Shown here: positions 20,031 through 29,427 of the stretch, piece after piece
Layout of the letters: each line of letters begins with the position of its first letter
Position numbering within the stretch: position 1 is the stretch's first letter
NCBI GenBank assembly: GCA_963794305.1
Contig: CAWCDQ010000045.1
Span: 64,138-128,137 of the forward strand
DNA: 64,000 nucleotides
Direction of reading: 5' to 3'
Origin: an uncultured Acidobacteriota bacterium
Lineage (GTDB): Bacteria > Acidobacteriota > Vicinamibacteria > Vicinamibacterales > CAVVIG01
Made by a program: the position numbers and the translations under genes
Notes under the pieces: model-generated
What the model was told of the DNA's origin: nothing
Seen by the model: the letters and a program-made list of their open reading frames with translations, nothing else
Databases searched by the model: none

Positions 20031-20121
20031 GGCCTGGGGATTGGGGATCAGGGGCTAGGTTGGGGCTGGTCGTGACAGCCGGATGAGCCTCCAGCCCCTA
20101 ACCCCTAGCGCCTAGCCCCTG
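20031..20121. repeat. Word-repeat hairpin, GGGGCT(A/G)G family
   Basis: ggcctggggattggggatcaggggctaggttggggctggt ... cctccagcccctaacccctagcgcctagcccctg. It fills the spacer between the two mutase subunits. Confidence 0.75.
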
Positions 20122-20124
20122 AAT

Positions 20125-20523
20125 ATGAGAAAGCTCAGAGTCGTCATCGCCAAACCCGGCCTCGATGGCCACGACCGCGGCGCCAAGGTCATCGCGCGCG
20201 CCTTGCGGGACGCGGGCATGGAGGTGATCTATACAGGTCTCCGCCAGACGCCCGAGATGATCGCGTCGGCGGCGCTGCAGGAGGACGCCGACTGCATTGG
20301 CCTGTCGATCCTGTCAGGCGCCCACAACCACATCGCGCCGCGTCTCATGGAACTGCTCCGCGAGAAGGGGCTCGACGACGTGCTCGTCGTGATTGGCGGC
20401 ATCATCCCCGACGTCGACATCCCAAAACTGAAGGAAATGGGCATCAAGGGCATCTTCCTGCCCGGCACCCCCATGCAGGACATCATCGGCTTCATCAATG
20501 CCAACGTCCGGGCGCGGGTTTGA
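20125..20523 (+). CDS. Methylmalonyl-CoA mutase B12-binding subunit
   Basis: 132-aa ORF with the [23 protein letters not shown] (DxHxxG) cobalamin-binding motif. Confidence 0.9.
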   Translation: MRKLRVVIAKPGLDGHDRGAKVIARALRDAGMEVIYTGLRQTPEMIASAALQEDADCIGLSILSGAHNHIAPRLMELLREKGLDDVLVVIGGIIPDVDIPKLKEMGIKGIFLPGTPMQDIIGFINANVRARV

Positions 20524-20580
20524 GCCCGGAAAACCCCTGTACCCTGAAGTCTGGAGTCTGAAGTTCCGATAAGTCAGACC

Positions 20581-21776
20581 GTGCCGCATACCCTCCTTCT
20601 CGCAGACGACAGCGTCACGATTCAGCGCGTCATCGAACTGACGTTTGCCGATGAGGACGTGACCGTCGTCGCCGTCAGCAACGGCGACCAGGCCATCGAG
20701 CGGCTCGAGGCGTCGCCGCCCGACATCGTGCTCGCCGACGTCGGGATGCCGGGCAAGAGCGGCTACGAGGTTGCGCAGTACATGCGCCGTTCGCCCAGGC
20801 TCGAGCACATTCCGGTCGTGCTGTTGACCGGCGCATTCGAGCCGGTGGATCAGGCGCGCGCCGACGACGCAGGCTGCGACGGAGTGCTCGCCAAGCCGTT
20901 CGAGCCGCAAATGGTGATCGGTCGCGTGAAGGAACTGCTGGGCCGGCCACAGCGCACGACGACGTCTCCTTCATCGCAGCATTGGTCGGCAGCCGGCGAT
21001 GCCGATTCCCCGGCGCCGCCGCCAGCCGATCTCAATTCATATTTCGATCGGCTCGATTCAGCATTTGGCCCGCCGGCGCCCGACTCGGCGTCAGGCGCCA
21101 CACCGGACGAGGTGCCCCTCTCTCCTCAGGCCGCACCGCAAACGGGACTCGATTGGTTCAGCGGTCTTGCCCAAAACGATCGGAAGGAGGCGTCGGATTC
21201 GGCGGGCACGACCGAAGCGGCGCTGGATCTTCCGTTGACCGCTCCGTTGCCGCAAATCGAGGCGCTGGCGGCGCTGACACGCTCGTCGGAAGAGCACCTG
21301 GCGAAGCTCTCTGACGTTGAACCGATGCCGGTGCTTGCGCCTGCCGTGGAGTCGTCCTGGACCGGTGCCGCGGCCCCGATCGAGCACGCGGCGATTGTCG
21401 AACCCGAAGTTCCTGTCGCACCCGTCGCGCAGAGCACGCCTGTAGAGGCGTTCGCTACGTCCGACGCCGCTGCGCCGGCTGTTCCTGCGGCGCATGCCAG
21501 CTCCAGGTCCCGCTGAAAAACCCGCCGCCGCTCCCGCCGCTCGCCGATGCCTTCGCGGCTTTGCTGGCCGCCGAAAAGGGCGGAACCATGTCGGCAGGCA
21601 CCACATGGCCCGCCCCGCCATCGTCTCCCGCTGTCGTGAGCGCCGAGATGATCGAGGCCATCACGCGCCGGGTTCTCGAGCGGCTCTCAGACGCGGTCGT
21701 TCGGCAGACGGTGTCGGACATCGCCGAGCGGCTCATTCGCGAAGAGATCGAGCGGATCAAGGCAACCATCAAATAG
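20581..21776 (+). CDS. Response-regulator receiver protein with Pro/Ala-rich linker and conserved helical C-terminus (apparent frameshift)
   Basis: ORF 20581..21516 has a REC domain (LLADDS...DIVLADVGMPGKSGYEV...AKPFEP). The C-terminal part (PLADAFAALLAAEKGG...EMIEAITRRVLERLSDAVVRQTVSDIAERLIREEIERIKATIK) is in another frame (ORF 21561..21776). The frame change lies between 21490 and 21545. Confidence 0.7.
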
Positions 21777-21880
21777 TTGGCGAATTGGTGAGTTAGTGAA
21801 TTGGTGAATTGGAGGGTCGGTGACTTGAACTCGCCAGCTCACTGATTCGCCAACTCTCCAATTCGCCAAGTCACCAATTT
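21777..21880. repeat. Word-repeat hairpin, GAATTGGT / CACCAATT family
   Basis: ttggcgaattggtgagttagtgaattggtgaattgg ... ctcactgattcgccaactctccaattcgccaagtcaccaattt. Confidence 0.75.
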
Positions 21881-21897
21881 CTGTATACGATCTCGGG

Positions 21898-24558
21898 ATG
21901 CCCGAGTCGTCGACGCCGTTGACGCGCGTGGATCCCGCGCGTCTGCACCTTCCGGAGAAACCTGCCCTCGAAGGGCTCGAGTCGAAATGGATGCCCCGGT
22001 GGGAGGCATCCGGGGTCTATCGGTTCTCGCGCGTCGCGAATCGGTCCGACGTCTATTCCATCGACACGCCACCGCCGACGGTCAGCGGTTCGCTGCACGT
22101 CGGCCACGTCTTCTCCTACACCCACACCGATCTCGTGGCGCGCTTCCAGCGGATGCGCGGCAAGGCCGTCTTCTATCCGATGGGATGGGACGACAACGGG
22201 CTGCCGACCGAGCGCCGCGTCCAGAACTACTACGGTGTGCGCTGCGATCCCTCGTTGCCGTACGTCGCCAACTTCGAGCCGCCGGCACAACCGCCGAAGC
22301 CGCCGATCTCGGTATCGCGACCGAACTTCATCGAGCTCTGCGATCGCCTGACGAAAGAAGACGAGCGGGCGTTCGAGCAGTTGTGGAAGACGCTCGGCCT
22401 GTCGGTCGACTGGTCGATGACGTACGCCACGATTGGCAAGCGTGCTCAGCGCGTTTCGCAGCTCATGTTCCTCCACCACCTGGCGCGCGGGCTCGCTTAC
22501 CAGGTCGAGGCGCCCACGCTGTGGGACATCGACTTCAAGACCGCGGTGGCGCAGGCCGAGCTGGAAGATCGCGACATGCCGGCCGCCTACCATCGCGTCC
22601 GATTCAAGCTCGACGCCGATCGGTTCGTTGAGATCGACACGACCCGTCCCGAGCTGATTCCGGCGTGCGTCGCGCTGGTCGCGCATCCAGACGATGCGAG
22701 ATACCAGCCGCTGTTCGGGAAGGAAGTCGAGACGCCGCTCTTCGGCGTGAAGGTGCCGGTGCGGGCGCACCCGCTGGCCGATCCCGAAAAGGGCAGCGGC
22801 ATCGCGATGATCTGCACGTTCGGCGACGTGACCGACGTGACGTGGTGGCGGGAGCTGAGCCTGCCGGTGCGCGCCGTGATTCAGCAGGACGGGACGCTGC
22901 GCGACGTGACCTGGGGCGCGCCGGGATGGGAGTCGGCCGATGCCGGGCGCGCGCAGCGCCACTACGCCGATCTGAAAGGGCTGACCGCCGCGAAGGCGCG
23001 CGCCAAAATCGTCGAACAGCTGCACGCCAGCGGCGACCTGGTGGGTGAGCCGCGGCCGATCACCCACGCCGTGAAGTTCTACGAGAAGGGCGATCGCCCC
23101 CTCGAAATCGTCACCAGCAGGCAGTGGTTCATCAAGACGATCGAGCTCCGCGAGGCCCTGATCGCCCGCGGCAAAGAGCTCCAGTGGCACCCGGAATACA
23201 TGGAGACGCGTTTCGAGAACTGGGCGAACGGCCTCAACGGGGATTGGTGCATCAGCCGCCAGCGGTACTTCGGTGTGCCGTTCCCCGTGTGGTACCCGCT
23301 CGACGGCCAGGGGCGGGTGCAGTACGACAAGGCGATGCCGGCGCGCGAAGACCAGCTGCCCGTGGATCCGTCCACGGACGTTCCGGCAGGCTATCGTGAA
23401 GATCAGCGCGGCGTGCCGGGCGGGTTCATCGGCGATCCGGACGTGATGGACACGTGGGCGACCTCGTCGGTCTCGCCGCAAATCGTCTGCGGCTGGCCGG
23501 ACGACAAGGAACTGTTCGCGATCACGTTTCCGATGGATCTGCGCCCGCAGGCGCACGACATCATCCGCACGTGGCTGTTCGACTCGGTGCTGCGCGCGCA
23601 CCTGGAACACGACTCGCTGCCCTGGATGCACGCGGCGATTTCGGGGTGGGTGCTCGACCCCGACCGCAAGAAGATGTCGAAGTCGAAGGGCAACGTCATC
23701 ACGCCGATGGCGCTGCTGGAAGAGTTCGGCTCGGACGGCGCGCGCTACTGGGCCGCGAGCGGCCGGCCCGGAACCGACACCGCATTCGATCCCGGCCAGA
23801 TGAAGGTCGGCCGGCGTCTCGCGATCAAGATCCTCAACGCCTCGAAGTTCGCCCTCATGAACACGGCTGCGCCGGCAGATGGCGCGCAGTCGCCGCGGGC
23901 GACTGCGATCACGGCTGCCGTCGATCGCGCGATGCTCCGCGACCTTGCCGCGCTGGTGGACGAGGTCACCAAAGCGTTCGACGCGTACGACTACGCGCGC
24001 GTGCTCCAGCGCACCGAGGCGTTCTTCTGGGGCTTTTGCGACGATTACCTCGAGCTGGTCAAGGGACGCCGGTACGGTGAGCAGGGCGTGGAAAGCGCGG
24101 GCTCGGCCAACGCGGCGCTCACCGCCGCGCTGTCGGTGATGCTGCGCCTGTTCGCCCCGTTCCTTCCCTATGTCACAGAGGAGGTCTGGTCGTGGTGGCG
24201 GGAGGGCTCGATTCACACGAGTCCATGGCCGACGGCGGGAGAGCTGACGTCGCTGCTCGACGACAACGCACCGGAAACGGCCGCGGCCGACCGGGCGACC
24301 TACCAGTGGGCAACCGACGTGCTGTTCGAGGTTCGCAAACAGCGCTCCGAAGCCAAGCAGCCGCTGAAGGTGCCGATCACCAGGGTCACCGTGACAGCCG
24401 AGGCTGCCGCGATCGCGTTGATGCCTGTTGTCGACGCCGACCTGCGCGCGGCACTGCGCGTGCTGGCGTTCGAGACCGCCGCCGGCGAGCCGCGCCAGAT
24501 TGTCGTGACCGGCTACGAGCAGCCCGCGCTGAAATCGGAGTCCCAGTCTGAAATCTGA
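21898..24558 (+). CDS. valS: Valine--tRNA ligase
   Basis: 886-aa intact ORF with PPPTVSGSLHVGH (HIGH) and KMSKSKGN (KMSKS) motifs. The last codons (LKSESQSEI*) lie in a CTGAAAT word run. Confidence 0.97.
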   Translation: MPESSTPLTRVDPARLHLPEKPALEGLESKWMPRWEASGVYRFSRVANRSDVYSIDTPPPTVSGSLHVGHVFSYTHTDLVARFQRMRGKAVFYPMGWDDNGLPTERRVQNYYGVRCDPSLPYVANFEPPAQPPKPPISVSRPNFIELCDRLTKEDERAFEQLWKTLGLSVDWSMTYATIGKRAQRVSQLMFLHHLARGLAYQVEAPTLWDIDFKTAVAQAELEDRDMPAAYHRVRFKLDADRFVEIDTTRPELIPACVALVAHPDDARYQPLFGKEVETPLFGVKVPVRAHPLADPEKGSGIAMICTFGDVTDVTWWRELSLPVRAVIQQDGTLRDVTWGAPGWESADAGRAQRHYADLKGLTAAKARAKIVEQLHASGDLVGEPRPITHAVKFYEKGDRPLEIVTSRQWFIKTIELREALIARGKELQWHPEYMETRFENWANGLNGDWCISRQRYFGVPFPVWYPLDGQGRVQYDKAMPAREDQLPVDPSTDVPAGYREDQRGVPGGFIGDPDVMDTWATSSVSPQIVCGWPDDKELFAITFPMDLRPQAHDIIRTWLFDSVLRAHLEHDSLPWMHAAISGWVLDPDRKKMSKSKGNVITPMALLEEFGSDGARYWAASGRPGTDTAFDPGQMKVGRRLAIKILNASKFALMNTAAPADGAQSPRATAITAAVDRAMLRDLAALVDEVTKAFDAYDYARVLQRTEAFFWGFCDDYLELVKGRRYGEQGVESAGSANAALTAALSVMLRLFAPFLPYVTEEVWSWWREGSIHTSPWPTAGELTSLLDDNAPETAAADRATYQWATDVLFEVRKQRSEAKQPLKVPITRVTVTAEAAAIALMPVVDADLRAALRVLAFETAAGEPRQIVVTGYEQPALKSESQSEI

Positions 24559-24610
24559 ACTCTTCTGAAATTAATCTCGATCCCGTGCCTCCGCCCTCTA
24601 CCGCGACGTC

Positions 24611-25429
24611 GTGCGCCGCGCGCTCGAAGAGGATGTCCGCGACGGCGACATCACGACCGATGCGACAGTCGCGGCGACCGCGATGGCTCGAGGCGTCTTC
24701 CTGATGAAGGCCGATTGCGTCCTCGCCGGCCTGGAGGTCGCCTTCGAAGCATTTCGACAGGTGGCCTCGACGCAACAGGGCCCCGTGCCCGCGTTTGCGG
24801 CCGCCCGGCACGATGGCGACGCCTGCCGCGCGGGCGAGGAGATCGCGGAGGTGGTCGCCTCCGCGCGGACGCTGCTCGTCGGCGAACGGACCGCGCTCAA
24901 CTTTCTGCAGCGGCTTTCGGGCATCTCCACGCGCGCGCGCCGGTTCGTCGAGGCCGCGGGCGGCCGCATCACCATCCTCGACACGCGCAAGACGACGCCG
25001 ACGCTGCGCGCGCTCGAAAAGTACGCCGTCCGCGCCGGCGGCGCGTCGAACCACCGGGTCGGCCTTTTCGACGCGGTGCTCATCAAGGACAACCACATCC
25101 GTCTTGCGGGAGGTGTGCAGGCGGCCATACAAGGTGTGCGGGCGCATCGGCCCGGCTTGCCCGTCGAAATCGAGGCGGAGACGCTCGCACAGGTGGACGA
25201 GGCGCTCGCGGCCGGCGCCGAGACAATCCTTGTCGACAACATGCCGACCGAGCGCATTCGCGAGGCGGTGATCCGGGCTCGAGGCCGCGCGAAGATCGAG
25301 ATCTCGGGCGGCGTCACGCTGGAGCGGATACCGGAGCTCGCCGCGACCGGGGCCGACTTCGTTTCGGTCGGCGCGCTCACGCATTCAGCGCCGGCCATCG
25401 ACATCAGCTTTGAAATCGGACCCGCCTGA
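24611..25429 (+). CDS. nadC: Nicotinate-nucleotide pyrophosphorylase (carboxylating)
   Basis: 272-aa ORF, GTG start, RRALEEDVRDGDITTDATV. The N-terminus looks about 10 aa short, so the true start may be upstream in another frame. Confidence 0.85.
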   Translation: MRRALEEDVRDGDITTDATVAATAMARGVFLMKADCVLAGLEVAFEAFRQVASTQQGPVPAFAAARHDGDACRAGEEIAEVVASARTLLVGERTALNFLQRLSGISTRARRFVEAAGGRITILDTRKTTPTLRALEKYAVRAGGASNHRVGLFDAVLIKDNHIRLAGGVQAAIQGVRAHRPGLPVEIEAETLAQVDEALAAGAETILVDNMPTERIREAVIRARGRAKIEISGGVTLERIPELAATGADFVSVGALTHSAPAIDISFEIGPA

Positions 25430-26241
25430 TCGCGGCGGGTCTGAACACCCGCAGCCCAGTTCCTCGCGAGCTCGCCAGCGCGATCGGGCGCGAGCGTCCA
25501 CGCCTCGGGCGTCTCGCCTCGACGCTTCTCTACTTCGACACGATCGGTTCGACCAACGATGTCGCGATGGCCAGAGCTGTCGAGGGCCTCGTGGTGGTCG
25601 CCGACGAGCAGACGGCGGGCCGCGGGCGGCGCGGCCACACCTGGTTCTCTCCGCCGGGCTCGGGCCTTTACGTGTCGGTGGTGCTGTCGCCCTCGACATC
25701 GGCTGTCGACCCGGCGCGCGCGACGACGCTCCTGACGCTCGCCGCCGGCGTCGCCATCGCGGAAGGCGTCGAGGAGGCGTGCGGCCTTCGCGTCGATCTG
25801 AAGTGGCCGAACGACCTTCAGGTGTCCCGGCGGAAACTCGGCGGAATCCTCGCCGAGTCGTCCGGCACCGGCGCGCACGGCGCCGTCGTCGTCGGCTACG
25901 GCCTCAACGTCCTGTCGACGGCGTTCCCGCAGGAGCTGGGCGATCGGGCGACGTCGCTGGAGACGGAGTTGGGACGCGCGGTCGATCGCCACCATCTGCT
26001 CGCCGAGACGCTGGCGGCGCTGTCGCGGCGCTACGACGATCTGCTCACCGGACGGTTCGATGCTATTCTCGACGCGTGGCGGCGTCGCGCGCCTGGCGCA
26101 ACGGGCGCGCGCGTCACGTGGACGGTCAACGGGTCAGCTTCGTCCGGTGTGACCGCCGGCATCGACGACCTCGGCGCGCTGCTGGTGCGGGTGGACGATC
26201 GCGTCGAACGGATCGTGTCGGGAGAGGTTGTGTGGGCGTGA
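25426..26241 (+). CDS. birA: Biotin--[acetyl-CoA-carboxylase] ligase
   Basis: ORF 25567..26241 (VVVADEQTAGRGRRGHTWFSPPGSGLYVSVVL). The same frame is open back to 25414 and encodes the expected N-terminal segment (...LLYFDTIGSTNDVA) without any ATG/GTG/TTG. A CTG overlapping the nadC stop (cCTGA) at 25426 is the only candidate, so the start is uncertain. Confidence 0.75.
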   Translation: MIAAGLNTRSPVPRELASAIGRERPRLGRLASTLLYFDTIGSTNDVAMARAVEGLVVVADEQTAGRGRRGHTWFSPPGSGLYVSVVLSPSTSAVDPARATTLLTLAAGVAIAEGVEEACGLRVDLKWPNDLQVSRRKLGGILAESSGTGAHGAVVVGYGLNVLSTAFPQELGDRATSLETELGRAVDRHHLLAETLAALSRRYDDLLTGRFDAILDAWRRRAPGATGARVTWTVNGSASSGVTAGIDDLGALLVRVDDRVERIVSGEVVWA

Positions 26242-26266
26242 CGCTGCTTCAATACAGAAGGCTTTG

Positions 26267-27043
26267 ATGCTGCTCGCAATCGACGTCGGCAACTCCAACA
26301 TCGTGCTCGGCGTGTTCGACGGCGCCACGCTCGTCCAGAGCTGGCGGCTGCAGACACTGCGCGAGCGAACGTCCGACGAGCTCGGCCTGCTCGTCGAGGG
26401 CCTCTTCGCGCACAGCCGCATCGAGCGCCTGCAGATCCGCGGAGTCGTCCTGGGTTCAGTCGTCCCACCTCTCACGGGGACGATGCGTGCGATGGTCCAG
26501 CGCTATTTCGGCGTGACCGCGCTCGTCGTCGAGCCCGGCGTCAACGCGACGATGCCGATCCTGTACGAGAATCCGGCCGAAGTCGGCGCCGATCGCATTC
26601 TCAACGGTGTGGCCGCGTTCGAGAAGTTCGGCAAGGGGCTCGGCAGGCCGCTCATCGTCGTCGACTTCGGGACCGCGACGACGCTGGATGCGATTACGGC
26701 GAAGGGGGAATACCTGGGAGGCGCGATCTGTCCGGGTGTGACGATTTCCGCCGATGCGCTCTTCCAGCGCGCGGCGCGCCTGCCGCGCATCGACGTCCGC
26801 AAGCCCTCGCGCGTCGTCGGGCGGACGACCGTCGGCGCCATGGAGTCGGGGCTGTTCTGGGGATACGTGGGGATGGTCGAAGGGCTGGTGCGGCGGATGA
26901 ACGACGAACTCGGCGGCGATGCCGTGTGCGTCGCCACCGGTGGCCTGGCCGACGTCATCGCGCCGGAGACCGCGCTGATTCAGCACGTCGACCCCGACCT
27001 GACACTCCATGGCTTGAGAATCGTGTGGGAACGCAACCAGTAG
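26267..27043 (+). CDS. coaX: Type III pantothenate kinase
   Basis: MLLAIDVGNSNIVLGVF... within ORF 26228..27043. Also has the VVDFGTATTLD motif. Confidence 0.9.
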   Translation: MLLAIDVGNSNIVLGVFDGATLVQSWRLQTLRERTSDELGLLVEGLFAHSRIERLQIRGVVLGSVVPPLTGTMRAMVQRYFGVTALVVEPGVNATMPILYENPAEVGADRILNGVAAFEKFGKGLGRPLIVVDFGTATTLDAITAKGEYLGGAICPGVTISADALFQRAARLPRIDVRKPSRVVGRTTVGAMESGLFWGYVGMVEGLVRRMNDELGGDAVCVATGGLADVIAPETALIQHVDPDLTLHGLRIVWERNQ

Positions 27044-27750
27044 ACGAGTACTGCCGCGAGATTGAAACCTACCTCTGTCGGAAGAACGACGGCCATCTGA
27101 TTCGCGTCGTGGGCCCATCCTTCGAGGTGGTCTCCGGCTGGGCGGAACAGCGGTGTGCCGCTCAAGGTCGCCTTCTCGGGCATCGACCGCTACTTCGAGC
27201 GCTACTACCGCAAGGGCGCGCGGCGCCGGCCCGTCAAAATCGATTTCTGCGACGCCGACGTGCTCGACGTCTTCGACGAATGGAAGCGCGCCACCGGCGT
27301 GGTGATGGCCTCCGCCTCCTCGCGGACTCTGCGGCAATCCACAATCCGCAATCCACAATCCGCAATCCCTCTCTGCCGGCGCATCTCGAGCGCGTGGTAC
27401 TGCGGTTAACGTCGGCGCGTGCCAGCGGGACGCTCGGCGACGAGTTCGATGCGTTGATCGATCGCGCTTCGGCGGAGCTGGACGCGGCTCGCGCGAAGGC
27501 GGGAGGCCTTCGAGGGACGGCGCGGCAGACGCTGTTGGATCGACTTGCGGCGCTCGACGCGGAGGTCGTACGCCAGGCGCGGTCGAGCCTCGACGAGTCC
27601 ACACGCGCATCGCTCGTGCGGGAGGCCGAATCCGAACTGGCCGGGTACCGCGCAGGCATGACCGCGGAGGCGTTCGCGCGCGCGTTGGACGCCGCGGTCG
27701 ATCGTCTCGTCCGCGAACGGGCCAGGCTGCCCACGATCGCGTTCGTCTGA
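27025..27750 (+). CDS. Conserved-looking hypothetical protein (two frame changes, heptamer repeat in linker)
   Basis: Frame 1 runs from GTG 27025 (MGTQPVDEYCREIETYLCRKNDGHLIRVVGPSFEVVSGWAEQ). An extra base at about 27151 moves to frame 2 (GVPLKVAFSGIDRYFERYYRKG...FDEWKRATGV, ORF 27155..27409). It returns to frame 1 somewhere in 27300-27375 (LPAHLERVVLRL...coiled-coil...TIAFV*). Confidence 0.55.
   Translation: MGTQPVDEYCREIETYLCRKNDGHLIRVVGPSFEVVSGWAEQRCAAQGRLLGHRPLLRALLPQGRAAPARQNRFLRRRRARRLRRMEARHRRGDGLRLLADSAAIHNPQSTIRNPSLPAHLERVVLRLTSARASGTLGDEFDALIDRASAELDAARAKAGGLRGTARQTLLDRLAALDAEVVRQARSSLDESTRASLVREAESELAGYRAGMTAEAFARALDAAVDRLVRERARLPTIAFV
27335..27369. repeat. Perfectly phased heptanucleotide tandem repeat (CAATCCN)x5 inside a coding region
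   Basis: caatcca caatccg caatcca caatccg caatccc. Confidence 0.9.
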
Positions 27751-27753
27751 GCC

Positions 27754-29031
27754 ATGAAGACCGGCGACGTCATCCCGCTCGCGATTGAGAAGCCGGCTGT
27801 CGGCGGAGCCATGATTGGGCGTCACGACGGGCGCGTGGTGCTCGTGTCCGGCGCGATTCCGGGCGAGCGCGTACAGGCGCGCATCGGCCGCGTGGCCAAG
27901 GGCATGGCGCTTGCGGATGCCGTGACGATTGACGAGCCGTCGCCGGATCGCCGCTCGTCGTCCGAGGATCCGCTGTGCGGCGGTTGCCTCTACCGGCACA
28001 TCGCGTACGCGCGCCAGCTCGAGATCAAGAGTCAGGTCATCGCCGATGCCTTCACGCGCATCGGCCATCTCGAACTGCCTGCGCCGGTCGTCGTTGCCGG
28101 ATCGCCCGAGGAGGGCTACCGCATGCGCGCGAGGCTGCACGTGCGCGGAGGGCGGGCCGGATTCTTCCGGGAAGGGACGCACGACCTCTGCGATGCGCGA
28201 CAGACGCGGCAGCTGCTGCCGGCCTCGCTCGAGGCGCTCGATCGGTTGATGGCGGCCGTCCGCTCGATCGGCGCGCACACAGTGCGCGAGATCGAACTGT
28301 CCGAGAATGTCGACGCCAGCGAGCGCGTCGTCCACCTCGAGACATCCGAGCCGGTCGATCCGCGTCTCGTCGCCAAGCTCGTTGCGGTCGACGGCTTGAC
28401 GCCCGGTCCGTACGTCACCGACACCCTGACGATCGACCAGTCATTGCTCAAGCTGCGGCGCCACGTGCTGGCGTTCTTTCAAGGCAACCGCTACCTGCTG
28501 CGCGACCTGGTGACGCACGTGACCGACCGCGTGCCGATTGGCGCGCCGCTGCTGGATCTGTATGCCGGCGTGGGACTCTTTTCGGTCGCAGCGGCCGTCC
28601 GCCGGGGAGCGATGACCGTCGCAGTTGAGGGGGACAAGGCCGCGTTCGATGATCTGTCCGCGAACGCGTCGGCGGCCGGAGCGAAGCTGACGGCGATTCG
28701 CTCGCCTATCGAGAACATTGGCGCCAGCCTGACGAAGTCCAGGCCCGCGTGGCCGACGCTGAGGCAGGCGGCACTGGCGGCGGGCGCACCGCCGCTCGAA
28801 GTCGTCATCGTCGATCCGCCGCGGACCGGGATGTCGCCCGAGGCGCTCGGCGGCGTCGTTGCGATGAAGCCGCCGCGACTCATCTACGTATCGTGCGATG
28901 TAGCGACGCTCGCGCGCGATGCCCGGAAGATCGTCGACGCCGGCTATGCGATCGAGCGTGCCGACGCCTTCGACATGTTTCCGAACACGCCGCACGTGGA
29001 GACGGTGGTGGTGTTCAACAGGACGGCCTGA
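27754..29031 (+). CDS. TRAM-domain SAM-dependent RNA (uracil-5-)methyltransferase, RlmD/TrmA family
   Basis: 425-aa ORF with a CGGCLYRH Cys cluster, IVDPPRTGMS, and the YVSCDVATLARD catalytic-Cys motif. Confidence 0.85.
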   Translation: MKTGDVIPLAIEKPAVGGAMIGRHDGRVVLVSGAIPGERVQARIGRVAKGMALADAVTIDEPSPDRRSSSEDPLCGGCLYRHIAYARQLEIKSQVIADAFTRIGHLELPAPVVVAGSPEEGYRMRARLHVRGGRAGFFREGTHDLCDARQTRQLLPASLEALDRLMAAVRSIGAHTVREIELSENVDASERVVHLETSEPVDPRLVAKLVAVDGLTPGPYVTDTLTIDQSLLKLRRHVLAFFQGNRYLLRDLVTHVTDRVPIGAPLLDLYAGVGLFSVAAAVRRGAMTVAVEGDKAAFDDLSANASAAGAKLTAIRSPIENIGASLTKSRPAWPTLRQAALAAGAPPLEVVIVDPPRTGMSPEALGGVVAMKPPRLIYVSCDVATLARDARKIVDAGYAIERADAFDMFPNTPHVETVVVFNRTA

Positions 29032-29064
29032 GAGTCTTCCGCGCGTCGCCCACGAGCGCGGGGC

Positions 29065-29087
29065 GCCCCGCGGGTTTGCCGCGGGGC
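29065..29087. terminator. GC-rich hairpin between the convergent methyltransferase and micro-peptide genes
   Basis: g-ccccgcgg-gtttg-ccgcgggg-c: 9-bp stem, 5-nt loop, no U-tract on either strand. Confidence 0.35.
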
Positions 29088-29164
29088 CAGCTGTCTTCAG
29101 ACTCCGATCGGGACGATCTCACATGTCGCGGCGAATGCCGGCCTCGGCCCGGTGGGGAGTCGAG

Positions 29165-29317
29165 TTACCCGAGCGGGTTGCGTTTCAGTCCGCCGACAAC
29201 GTTCCGGAGTTCCGAACCGGTCGGCTCCTTCGGCTTGAGCGTTTTTAGAGAGGCTTTCCGGGTGGCGTCGGCGGGACTCGCGGACGACGGTCTCTTGTTC
29301 TTGGTGGACTTCTTCAT
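29165..29317 (-). CDS. Unlisted 50-codon ORF: candidate double-glycine-leader precursor peptide with 7-residue cargo
   Basis: My own translation of the reverse complement gives MKKSTKNKRPSSASPADATRKASLKTLKPKEPTGSELRNVVGGLKRNPLG*. GGAGGG (plus-strand ccctcc 29323-29328) lies 5 nt upstream of the ATG at 29317. The ORF sits 110 nt downstream of the SelO-like gene on the same strand, next to a C39 exporter. It is too short for the 60-aa ORF track. Confidence 0.55.
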   Translation of the reverse strand: MKKSTKNKRPSSASPADATRKASLKTLKPKEPTGSELRNVVGGLKRNPLG

Positions 29318-29427
29318 GACAACCCTCCATGCTGCGACGACCTGCTCAGCGGTGTCGCAAGCTGATACGAAATGCGAATCAGCGCGCGAATGCTAGCACA
29401 TCATCGGCTGCTCCTTCCAACGAGAAC

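Noticed and set aside
29393-29404. Mini-ORF ATG ATG TGC TAG (MMC*) preceded by GGAAGGAG, between the SelO-like gene and the micro-peptide gene.
   Set aside because: Three codons cannot be supported as a gene. It may at most be a chance feature or a translational-coupling feature.
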